A DNA stretch of 64,000 bases from Eledone cirrhosa. Lineage: Eukaryota. Under the pieces are notes generated by a model. That model saw only the letters and a program-made list of their open reading frames with translations. It did no database searches and was not told the origin of the DNA. The first letter of the stretch is position 1. The number at the start of each line of letters is the position of its first letter. The position numbers and the translations under genes were made by a program. The stretch is from contig OZ024742.1 of assembly GCA_964016885.1 (NCBI GenBank), positions 63,116,001-63,180,000 on the forward strand. Reading direction: 5' to 3'. This document shows, piece by piece, positions 1 through 11,549 of this stretch.

Positions 1-3000
1 TTCTTACTATCTGTCTCTCATTCAGTCTGTCTTCTCTTAAATTCTTACTACCTGTCTCTCTGTCAGTGTGTCATCTCTTAACTTCTTACTACCTGTCTCT
101 CTGTCAGTCTGTCATCTCTTAACTTTTTACTATCTGTCTCTCTGTCAGTCTGCCATCTCTTAACTTCTAACTACCTGTCTCTCTGTCAGTTTGTCATCTC
201 TTAACTTCTTACTACCTCTCTCTCAGTCAGTCTGTCTTCGCTTAACTTCTTACAACCTGTCTCACTGTCAGTCTGTCATCTCTTAACTTCTTACTACCTG
301 TCTCTCTGTCAGTCTGTCATCTCTTAACTTCTTTCTACCTGTCTCTCTGTCAGTCTGTCTTCTATTAACTTCTTGCTACCTGTCTCTCTGTCAGTCTGTC
401 ATGTCTTAACTTCTTACTACCTGTCTCTCTGTCAGTCTGTCATCTCTTAACTTCTTACTACCTGTCTCTCTGTCAGTCTGTCTTCTCTTAACTTCTTACT
501 ACATGTCTCTCTGTCAGTCTGTCTTCTCTTAACTTCTTACTATCTGTCTCTCTGTCAGTCTGTGTTCTCTTAACTCCTTACTACCTGTCTCTCTGTCAGT
601 CTGTCATCTCTTAACTTCTTACTACCTGTCTCTCTGTCAGTCTGTCTTCTATTAACTTCTTACTACCTGTCTCTCTGTCAGTCTGTCATGTCTTAACTTC
701 TTACTACCTGTCTCTCTGTCAGTCTGTCTTCTCTTAACTTCTTACTACATGTCTCTCTGTCAGACTGTCTTCTCTTAACTTCTTACTATCTGTCTCTCTG
801 TCAGTCTCTCATCTCTTAACTTTTTACTATTTGTCTCTCTTTCAGTCTCTCTTCTCTTAACTTCTTACTACCTGTCTCTCTGTCAGTCTTTCATCTCTTA
901 ACTTCTTACTACCTGTCTCTCTGTCAGTCTGTCATCTCTTAACTTCTTACTACCTGTCTCTCTGTCAGTCTGTCTTCTCTTAACTTCTTACTACCTGTCT
1001 CTCTGTCAGTCTGTCTTCTATTAACTTTTTACTACCTGTCTCTCAGTCAGTCTGTCTTCTCTTAACTTCTTACTACTTGCCTCTCCGTCAGTCAGTCATC
1101 TCTTAACTTCTTACTACCTGTCTCTCTGTCAGTCTGTCTTCTCTTAACTTCTTACTAGCTCTCTCTCTGTCAGTCTGTCTTCTCTTAACTTCTTACTACC
1201 TGTCTCTCTGTCAGTCTGTCATCTCTTAACTTCTTACTACCTGTCTCTCAGTCAGTCTGTCTTCTCTTAACTTCTTACTACCTGTCTCTCTGTCAGTCTG
1301 TCATCTCTTAACTTCTTACTACATGTCTCTCTGTCAGTCTGTCTTCTCTTAACTTCTTACTACCTGTCTCTCTGTCAGTCTGTCATCTCTTAACTTCTTA
1401 CTACCTGTCTCTCAGTCAGTCTCTCTTCTCTTAACTTCTTACTACCTGTCTCTCAGTCAGTCTGTCTTCTCTTAACTTCTTACTAACTGTCTCTCTGTCA
1501 GTCTGTCTTCTCTTAACTTCTTACTACCTGTCTCTCTGTCAGTCTGTCATCTCTTAACTTCTAACTACCTGTCTCTCTGTCAGTTTGTCATCTCTTAACT
1601 TCTTACTACCTCTCTGTCAGTCAGTCTGTCTTCTCTTAACTTCTTACTACCTGTCTCTCTGTCAGTCTGTCTTCGCTTAACTTCTTACAACCTGTCTCAC
1701 TGTCAGTCTGTCATCTCTTAACTTCTTACTACCTGTCTCTCTGTCAGTCTGTCATCTCTTAACTTCTTACTACCTGTCTCTCTGTCAGTCTGTCTTCTAT
1801 TAACTTCTTGCTACCTGTCTCTCTGTCAGTCTGTCATGTCTTAACTTCTTACTACCTGCCTCTCTGTCAGTCTGTCATCTCTTAACTTCTTACTACCTGT
1901 CTCTCTGTCAGTCTGTCTTCTCTTAACTTCTTACTACATGTCTCTCTGTCAGTCTGTCTTCTCTTAACTTCTTACTATCTGTCTTTCTGTCAGTCTGTGT
2001 TCTCTTAACTTCTTACTACCTGCCTCTCTGTCAGTCTGTCATCTCTTAACTTCTTACTACCTGTCTCTCTGTCAGTCTGTCTTCTCTTAACTTCTTACTA
2101 CCTGTCTCTCTGTCAGTCTGTCTTCTCTTAACTTCTTACTACATGTCTCTCTGTCAGTCTGTCTTCTCTTAACTTCTTACTACCTGTCTCTCTGTCAGTC
2201 AGTCATCTCTTAACTTCTTACTACCTGTCTCTCTGTCAGTCTGTCTTCTCTTAACTTCTTACTACATGTCTCTCTGTCAGTCTGTCTTCTCTTAACTTCT
2301 TACTATCTGTCTTTCTGTCAGTCTGTGTTTTTTTTTTAACTCCTTACTACCTGTCTCTCTGTCAGTCTGTCATCTCTTAACTTCTTACTACCTGTCTCTC
2401 TGTCAGTCTGTCTTCTATTAACTTCTTACTACCAGTCTCTCTGTCAGTCTGTCTTCTCTTAACTTCTTACTACCTGTCTCTCTGTCAGTCTCTCTTCTCT
2501 TAACTTCTTACTACCTGTCTCTCAGTCAGTCTGTCATCTCTTAACTTTTTACTATCTGTCTCTCATTCAGTCTCTCTTCTCTTAACTTCTTACTACCTGT
2601 CTCTCTGTCAGTCTGTCATCTCTTAACTTCTTACTACCTGTCTCTCTGTCAGTCTGTCATCTCTTAACTTCTAACTACCTGTCTCTCTGTCAGTTTGTCA
2701 TCTCTTAACTTCTTACTACCTCTCTCTCAGTCAGTCTGTCTTCTCTTAACTTCTTACTACCTGTCTCTCTGTCAGTCTGTCATCTCTTAACTTCTTACTA
2801 CCTGTCTCTCAGTCAGTCTGTCTTCTCTTAACTTCTTACTACCTGTCTCTCAGTCAGTCTGTCTTCTCTTAACTTCTTACTAGCTGCCTCTCTGTCAGTC
2901 TGTCATCTCTTAACTTCTTACTACCTGTCTCTCTGTCAGTCTGTCTTCTCTTAACTTCTTACTACCTGTCTCTCTGTCAGTCTGTCTTCTATTAACTTTT

Positions 3001-4199
3001 TACTACCTGTCTCTCAGTCAGTCTGTCTTCTCTTAACTTCTTACTACTTGCCTCTCCGTCAGTCAGTCATCTCTTAACTTCTTACTACCTGTCTCTCTGT
3101 CAGTCTGTCTTCTCTTAACTTCTTACTAGCTCTCTCTCTGTCAGTCTGTCTTCTCTTAACTTCTTACTACCTGTCTCTATGTCAGTCTGTCATCTCTTAA
3201 CTTCTTACTACCTGTCTCTCAGTCAGTCTGTCTTCTCTTAACTTCTTACTACCTGTCTCTCAGTCAGTCTGTCTTCTCTTAACTTCTTACTACCTATCTC
3301 TCTGTCAGCCTGTCATCTCTTAACTTCTTACTACATGTCTCTCTGTCAGTCTGTCTTCTCTTAACTTCTTACTACCTGTCTCTCTGTCAGTCTGTCATCT
3401 CTTAACTTCTTACTACCTGTCTCTCAGTCAGTCTGTCATTTCTTAACTTTTTACTACTTGTCTCTCTTTCAGTCTCTCTTCTCTTAACTTCTTACTACCT
3501 GTCTCTCTGTCAGTCTGTCTTCTATTAACTTCTTGCTACCTGTCTCTCTGTCAGTCTGTCATGTCTTAACTTCTTACTACCTGTCTCTCAGTCAGTCTGT
3601 CTTCTCTTAACTTCTTACTACCTGTCTCTCAGTCAGTCTGTCTTCTCTTAACTTCTTACTAACTGTCTCTCTGTCAGTCTGTCTTCTCTTAACTTCTTAC
3701 TACCTGTCTCTCTGTCAGTCTGTCATCTCTTAACTTCTAACTACCTGTCTCTCTGTCAGTTTGTCATCTCTTAACTTCTTACTACCTCTCTCTCAGTCAG
3801 TCTGTCTTCTCTTAACTTCTTACTACCTGTCTCTCTGTCAGTCTGTCATCTCTTAACTTCTAACTACCTGTCTCTCTGTCAGTCTGTCATGTCTTAACTT
3901 CTTACTACCTGTCTCTCTGTCAGTCTGTCATCTCTTAACTTCTTACTACCTGTCTCTCTGTCAGTCTGTCTTCTCTTAACTTCTTACTACATGTCTCTCT
4001 GTCAGTCTGTCTTCTCTTAACTTCTTACTATCTGTCTTTCTGTCAGTCTGTGTTCTCTTAACTCCTTACTACCTGTCTCTCTGTCAGTCTGTCTTCTCTT
4101 AACTTCTTACTACCTGTCTCTCTGTCAGTCTGTCATCTCTTAACTTCTTACTACCTGTCTCTCTGTCAGTCTGTCTTCTATTAACTTCTTGCTACCTGT

Positions 4200-7100
4200 C
4201 TCTCTGTCAGTCTGTCTTCTCTTAACTTCTTACTACCTGTCTCTCTGTCAGTCTGTCATCTCTTAACTTCTTACTACCTGTCTCTCAGTCAGTCTGTCTT
4301 CTCTTAACTTCTTACTACCTGTCTCTCAGTCAGTCTGTCTTCTCTTAACTTCTTACTACCTGTCTCTCTGTCAGTCTGTCTTCTCTTAACTTCTTACAAC
4401 CTGTCTCTCTGTCAGTCTGTCATCTCTTAACTTCTTACTACATGTCTCTCTGTCAGTCTGTCTTCTCTTAACTTCTTACTACCTGTCTCTCTGTCAGTCA
4501 GTCATCTCTTAACTTCTTACTACCTGTCTCTCTGTCAGTCTGTCTTCTCTTAACTTCTTACTACATGTCTCTCTGTCAGTCTGTCTTCTCTTAATTTCTT
4601 ACTATCTGTCTTTCTGTCAGTCTGTGTTTTTTTTTTTAACTCCTTACTACCTGTCTCTCTGTCAGTCTGTCATCTCTTAACTTCTTACTACCTGTCTCTC
4701 TGTCAGTCTGTCTTCTATTAACTTCTTACTACCAGTCTCTCTGTCAGTCTGTCTTCTCTTAACTTCTTACTACCTGTCTCTCTGTCAGTCTCTCTTCTCT
4801 TAACTTCTTACTACCTGTCTCTCAGTCAGTCTGTCATCTCTTAACTTTTTACTATCTGTCTCTCATTCAGTCTCTCTTCTCTTAACTTCTTACTACCTGT
4901 CTCTCTGTCAGTCTGTCATCTCTTAACTTCTTACTACCTGTCTCTCAGTCAGTCTGTCATCTCTTAACTTCTAACTACCTGTCTCTCTGTCAGTTTGTCA
5001 TCTCTTAACTTCTTACTACCTGTCTCTCAGTCAGTCTGTCTTCTCTTAACTTCTTACTACCTGTCTCTCTGTCAGTCTGTCATCTCTTAACTTCTTACTA
5101 CCTGTCTCTCAGTCAGTCTGTCTTCTCTTAACTTCTTACTACCTGTCTCTCAGTCAGTCTGTCTTCTCTTAACTTCTTACTACCTGCCTCTCTGTCAGTC
5201 TGTCATCTCTTAACTTCTTACTACCTGTCTCTCTGTCAGTCTGTCTTCTCTTAACTTCTTACTACCTGTCTCTCTGTCAGTCTGTCTTCTCTTAACTTCT
5301 TACTACCTGTCTCTCTGTCAGTCTGTCTTCTCTTAACTTCTTACTACCTGTCTCTCTGTCAGTCTGTCATCTCTTAACTTCTTACTACATGTCTCTCTGT
5401 CAGTCTGTCTTCTCTTAACTTCTTACTACCTGTCTCTCTGTCAGTCAGTCATCTCTTAACTTCTTACTACCTGTCTCTCTGTCAGTCTGTCTTCTCTTAA
5501 CTTCTTACAACCTGTCTCACTGTCAGTCTGTCATCTCTTAACTTCTTGCTACCTGTCTCTCTGTCAGTCTCTCATGTCTTAACTTCTTACTACCTGTCTC
5601 TCTGTCAGTCTCTCATTTCTTAACTTCTTACTACCTGTCTCTCTGTCAGTCTGTCTTCTCTTAACTTCTTACTACATGTCTCTCTGTCAGTCTGTCTTCT
5701 CTTAACTTCTTACTACCTGTCTCTCTGTCAGTCTGTCATCTCTTAACTTCTTACTATCTGTCTCTCTGTCAGTCTGTGTTCTCTTAACTCCTTACTACCT
5801 GCCTCAATGTCAGTCTGTCATCTCTTAACTTCTTACTACCTGTCTCTCTGTCAGTCTGTCATCTCTTAACTTCTAACTACCTGTCTCTCTGTCAGTTTGT
5901 CATCTCTTAACTTCTTACTACCTCTCTCTCAGTCAGTCTGTCTTCTCTTAACTTCTTACTACCTGTCTCTCTGTCAGTCTGTCATCTCTTAACTTCTTAC
6001 TACCTGTCTCTCTGTCAGTCTGTCATCTCTTAACTTCTTACTACCTGTCTCTCAGTCAGTCTGTCATCTCTTAACTTCTTACTACTTGTCTCTCTTTCAG
6101 TCTGTCTTCTCTTAACTTCTTACTACCTGTCTCTCTGTCAGTCTGTCTTCTCTTAACTTCTTACTGCCTGCCTCTCTGTCAGTCTGTCATCTCTTAACTT
6201 CTTACTACCTGTCTCTCTGTCAGTCTGTCTTCTCTTAACTTCTTACTACCTGTCTCTCTGTCAGTCTGTCTTCTCTTAACTTCTTACTACCTGTCTCTCT
6301 GTCAGTCTGTCTTCTCTTAACTTCTTACTACCTGTCTCTCTGTCAGTCTGTCATCTCTTAACTTCTTACTACATGTCTCTCTGTCAGTCTGTCTTCTCTT
6401 AACTTCTTACTACCTGTCTCTCTGTCAGTCAGTCATCTCTTAACTTCTTACTACCTGTCTCTCTGTCAGTCTGTCTTCTCTTAACTTCTTACAACCTGTC
6501 TCACTGTCAGTCTGTCATCTCTTAACTTCTTGCTACCTGTCTCTCTGTCAGTCTGTCATGTCTTAACTTCTTACTACCTGTCTCTCTGTCAGTCTCTCAT
6601 TTCTTAACTTCTTACTACCTGTCTCTCTGTCAGTCTGTCTTCTCTTAACTTCTTACTACATGTCTCTCTGTCAGTCTGTCTTCTCTTAACTTCTTACTAC
6701 CTGTCTCTCTGTCAGTCTGTCATCTCTTAACTTCTTACTATCTGTCTCTCTGTCAGTCTGTGTTCTCTTAACTCCTTACTACCTGCCTCAATGTCAGTCT
6801 GTCATCTCTTAACTTCTTACTACCTGTCTCTCTGTCAGTCTGTCATCTCTTAACTTCTAACTACCTGTCTCTCTGTCAGTTTGTCTTCTATTAACTTCTT
6901 GCTACCTGTCTCTCTGTCAGTCTGTCTTCTCTTAACTTCTTACTACCTGTCTCTCTGTCAGTCTGTCATCTCTTAACTTCTTACTACCTGTCTCTCAGTC
7001 AGTCTGTCTTCTCTTAACTTCTTACTACCTGTCTCTCAGTCAGTCTGTCTTCTCTTAACTTCTTACTACCTGCCTCTCTGTCAGTCTGTCATCTCTTAAC

Positions 7101-10100
7101 TTCTTACTACCTGTCTCTCTGTCAGTCTGTCTTCTCTTAACTTCTTACTACCTGTCTCTCTGTCAGTCTGTCTTCTCATAACTTCTTACTACCTGTCTCT
7201 CTGTCAGTCTGTCTTCTCTTAACTTCTTACTACCTGTCTCTCTGTCAGTCTGTCATCTCTTAACTTCTTACTACATGTCTCTCTGTCAGACTGTCTTCTC
7301 TTAACTTCTTACTACCTGTCTCTCTGTCAGTCAGTCATCTCTTAACTTCTTACTACCTGTCTCTCTGTCAGTCTGTCTTCTCTTAACTTCTTACTACATG
7401 TCTCTCTGTCAGTCTGTCTTCTCTTAACTTCTTACTATCTGTCTTTCTGTCAGTCTGTGTTTTTTTTTTAACTCCTTACTACCTGTCTCTCTGTCAGTCT
7501 GTCATCTCTTAACTTCTTACTACCTGTCTCTCTGTCAGTCTGTCTTCTATTAACTTCTTACTACCAGTCTCTCTGTCAGTCTGTCTTCTCTTAACTTCTT
7601 ACTACCTGTCTCTCTGTCAGTCTGTCATCTCTTAACTTCTTACTACCTGTCTCTCAGTCAGTCTGTCTTCTCTTAACTTCTTACTACCTGTCTCTCAGTC
7701 AGTCTGTCTTCTCTTAACTTCTTACTACCTGTCTCTCTGTCAGTCTGTCTTCTCTTAACTTCTTACTACCTGTCTCTCTGTCAGTCTGTCATCTCTTAAC
7801 TTCTTACTACATGTCTCTCTGTCAGTCTGTCTTCTCTTAACTTCTTACTACCTGTCTCTCTGTCAGTCAGTCATCTCTTAACTTCTTACTACCTGTCTCT
7901 CTGTCAGTCTGTCTTCTCTTAACTTCTTACTACATGTCTCTCTGTCAGTCTGTCTTCTCTTAATTTCTTACTATCTGTCTTTCTGTCAGTCTGTGTTTTT
8001 TTTTTTAACTCCTTACTACCTGTCTCTCTGTCAGTCTGTCATCTCTTAACTTCTTACTACCTGTCTCTCTGTCAGTCTGTCTTCTATTAACTTCTTACTA
8101 CCAGTCTCTCTGTCAGTCTGTCTTCTCTTAACTTCTTACTACCTGTCTCTCTGTCAGTCTCTCTTCTCTTAACTTCTTACTACCTGTCTCTCAGTCAGTC
8201 TGTCATCTCTTAACTTTTTACTATCTGTCTCTCATTCAGTCTCTCTTCTCTTAACTTCTTACTACCTGTCTCTCTGTCAGTCTGTCATCTCTTAACTTCT
8301 TACTACCTGTCTCTCAGTCAGTCTGTCATCTCTTAACTTCTAACTACCTGTCTCTCTGTCAGTTTGTCATCTCTTAACTTCTTACTACCTGTCTCTCAGT
8401 CAGTCTGTCTTCTCTTAACTTCTTACTACCTGTCTCTCTGTCAGTCTGTCATCTCTTAACTTCTCACTACCTGTCTCTCAGTCAGTCTGTCTTCTCTTAA
8501 CTTCTTACTACCTGTCTCTCAGTCAGTCTGTCTTCTCTTAACTTCTTACTACCTGCCTCTCTGTCAGTCTGTCATCTCTTAACTTCTTACTACCTGTCTC
8601 TCTGTCAGTCTGTCTTCTCTTAACTTCTTACTACCTGTCTCTCTGTCAGTCTGTCTTCTCTTAACTTCTTACTACCTGTCTCTCTGTCAGTCAGTCATCT
8701 CTTAACTTCTTACTACCTGTCTCTCTGTCAGTCTGTCTTCTCTTAACTTCTTACAACCTGTCTCACTGTCAGTCTGTCATCTCTTAACTTCTTGCTACCT
8801 GTCTCTCTGTCAGTCTCTCATGTCTTAACTTCTTACTACCTGTCTCTCTGTCAGTCTCTCATTTCTTAACTTCTTACTACCTGTCTCTCTGTCAGTCTGT
8901 CTTCTCTTAACTTCTTACTACATGTCTCTCTGTCAGTCTGTCTTCTCTTAACTTCTTACTACCTGTCTCTCTGTCAGTCTGTCATCTCTTAACTTCTTAC
9001 TATCTGTCTCTCTGTCAGTCTGTGTTCTCTTAACTCCTTACTACCTGCCTCAATGTCAGTCTGTCATCTCTTAACTTCTTACTACCTGTCTCTCTGTCAG
9101 TCTGTCATCTCTTAACTTCTAACTACCTGTCTCTCTGTCAGTTTGTCATCTCTTAACTTCTTACTACCTCTCTCTCAGTCAGTCTGTCTTCTCTTAACTT
9201 CTTACTACCTGTCTCTCTGTCAGTCTGTCATCTCTTAACTTCTTACTACCTGTCTCTCTGTCAGTCTGTCATCTCTTAACTTCTTACTACCTGTCTCTCA
9301 GTCAGTCTGTCATCTCTTAACTTCTTACTACTTGTCTCTCTTTCAGTCTGTCTTCTCTTAACTTCTTACTACCTGTCTCTCTGTCAGTCTGTCTTCTCTT
9401 AACTTCTTACTGCCTGCCTCTCTGTCAGTCTGTCATCTCTTAACTTCTTACTACCTGTCTCTCTGTCAGTCTGTCTTCTCTTAACTTCTTACTACCTGTC
9501 TCTCTGTCAGTCTGTCTTCTCTTAACTTCTTACTACCTGTCTCTCTGTCAGTCTGTCTTCTCTTAACTTCTTACTACCTGTCTCTCTGTCAGTCTGTCAT
9601 CTCTTAACTTCTTACTACATGTCTCTCTGTCAGTCTGTCTTCTCTTAACTTCTTACTACCTGTCTCTCTGTCAGTCAGTCATCTCTTAACTTCTTACTAC
9701 CTGTCTCTCTGTCAGTCTGTCTTCTCTTAACTTCTTACAACCTGTCTCACTGTCAGTCTGTCATCTCTTAACTTCTTGCTACCTGTCTCTCTGTCAGTCT
9801 GTCATGTCTTAACTTCTTACTACCTGTCTCTCTGTCAGTCTCTCATTTCTTAACTTCTTACTACCTGTCTCTCTGTCAGTCTGTCTTCTCTTAACTTCTT
9901 ACTACATGTCTCTCTGTCAGTCTGTCTTCTCTTAACTTCTTACTACCTGTCTCTCTGTCAGTCTGTCATCTCTTAACTTCTTACTATCTGTCTCTCTGTC
10001 AGTCTGTGTTCTCTTAACTCCTTACTACCTGCCTCAATGTCAGTCTGTCATCTCTTAACTTCTTACTACCTGTCTCTCTGTCAGTCTGTCATCTCTTAAC

Positions 10101-10900
10101 TTCTAACTACCTGTCTCTCTGTCAGTTTGTCTTCTATTAACTTCTTGCTACCTGTCTCTCTGTCAGTCTGTCTTCTCTTAACTTCTTACTACCTGTCTCT
10201 CTGTCAGTCTGTCATCTCTTAACTTCTTACTACCTGTCTCTCAGTCAGTCTGTCTTCTCTTAACTTCTTACTACCTGTCTCTCAGTCAGTCTGTCTTCTC
10301 TTAACTTCTTACTACCTGCCTCTCTGTCAGTCTGTCATCTCTTAACTTCTTACTACCTGTCTCTCTGTCAGTCTGTCTTCTCTTAACTTCTTACTACCTG
10401 TCTCTCTGTCAGTCTGTCTTCTCATAACTTCTTACTACCTGTCTCTCTGTCAGTCTGTCTTCTCTTAACTTCTTACTACCTGTCTCTCTGTCAGTCTGTC
10501 ATCTCTTAACTTCTTACTACATGTCTCTCTGTCAGACTGTCTTCTCTTAACTTCTTACTACCTGTCTCTCTGTCAGTCAGTCATCTCTTAACTTCTTACT
10601 ACCTGTCTCTCTGTCAGTCTGTCTTCTCTTAACTTCTTACTACATGTCTCTCTGTCAGTCTGTCTTCTCTTAACTTCTTACTATCTGTCTTTCTGTCAGT
10701 CTGTGTTTTTTTTTTAACTCCTTACTACCTGTCTCTCTGTCAGTCTGTCATCTCTTAACTTCTTACTACCTGTCTCTCTGTCAGTCTGTCTTCTATTAAC
10801 TTCTTACTACCAGTCTCTCTGTCAGTCTGTCTTCTCTTAACTTCTTACTACCTGTCTCTCTGTCAGTCTCTCTTCTCTTAACTTCTTACTACCTGTCTCT
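4200..10900. repeat. Tandem duplication of about 3.3 kb (82 versus 79 monomers)
   Basis: Rare variants recur at fixed offsets. The T11 runs at 4627 and 7996 are 3369 apart (82x41+7). CTCATGTC (5571/8817), ACTGCCTGCC (about 6163/9409), CTCATAAC (about 7175/10421), GTCAGAC (about 7285/10531) and the T10 runs (7460/10706) are all 3246 apart (79x41+7). Confidence 0.9.
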
Positions 10901-11549
10901 CAGTCAGTCTGTCATCTCTTAAATTTTTACTATCTGTCTCTCATTCAGTCTCTCTTCTCTTAACTTCTTACTACCTGTCTCTCTGTCAGTCTGTCATCTC
11001 TTAACTTCTTACTACCTGTCTCTCTGTCAGTCTGTCATCTCTTAACTTCTAACTACCTGTCTCTCTGTCAGTTTGTCATCTCTTAACTTCTTACTACCTG
11101 TCTCTCAGTCAGTCTGTCTTCTCTTAACTTCTTACTACCTGTCTCTCTGTCAGTCTGTCATCTCTTAACTTCTTACTACCTGTCTCTCAGTCAGTCTGTC
11201 TTCTCTTAACTTCTTACTACCTGTCTCTCAGTCAGTCTGTCTTCTCTTAACTTCTTACTACCTGCCTCTCTGTCAGTCTGTCATCTCTTAACTTCTTACT
11301 ACCTGTCTCTCTGTCAGTCTGTCTTCTCTTAACTTCTTACTACCTGTCTCTCTGTCAGTCTCTCTTCTCTTAACTTCTTACTACCTGTCTCTCTGTCAGT
11401 CTGTCTTCTCTTAACTTCTTACTACCTGTCTCTCTGTCAGTCTGTCATCTCTTAACTTCTTACTACATGTCTCTCTGTCAGTCTGTCTTCTCTTAACTTC
11501 TTACTACCTGTCTCTCTGTCAGTCAGTCATCTCTTAACTTCTTACTACC

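Noticed and set aside
611-614. TTAA in each monomer as piggyBac insertion footprints
   Set aside because: It is simply part of the monomer; no terminal inverted repeats or insertions occur at any TTAA.
2328-2337. Poly-T runs as terminators or retroelement poly-A tails
   Set aside because: There is no upstream hairpin, element body or target-site duplication. The runs replace TTCTCTT inside a monomer.
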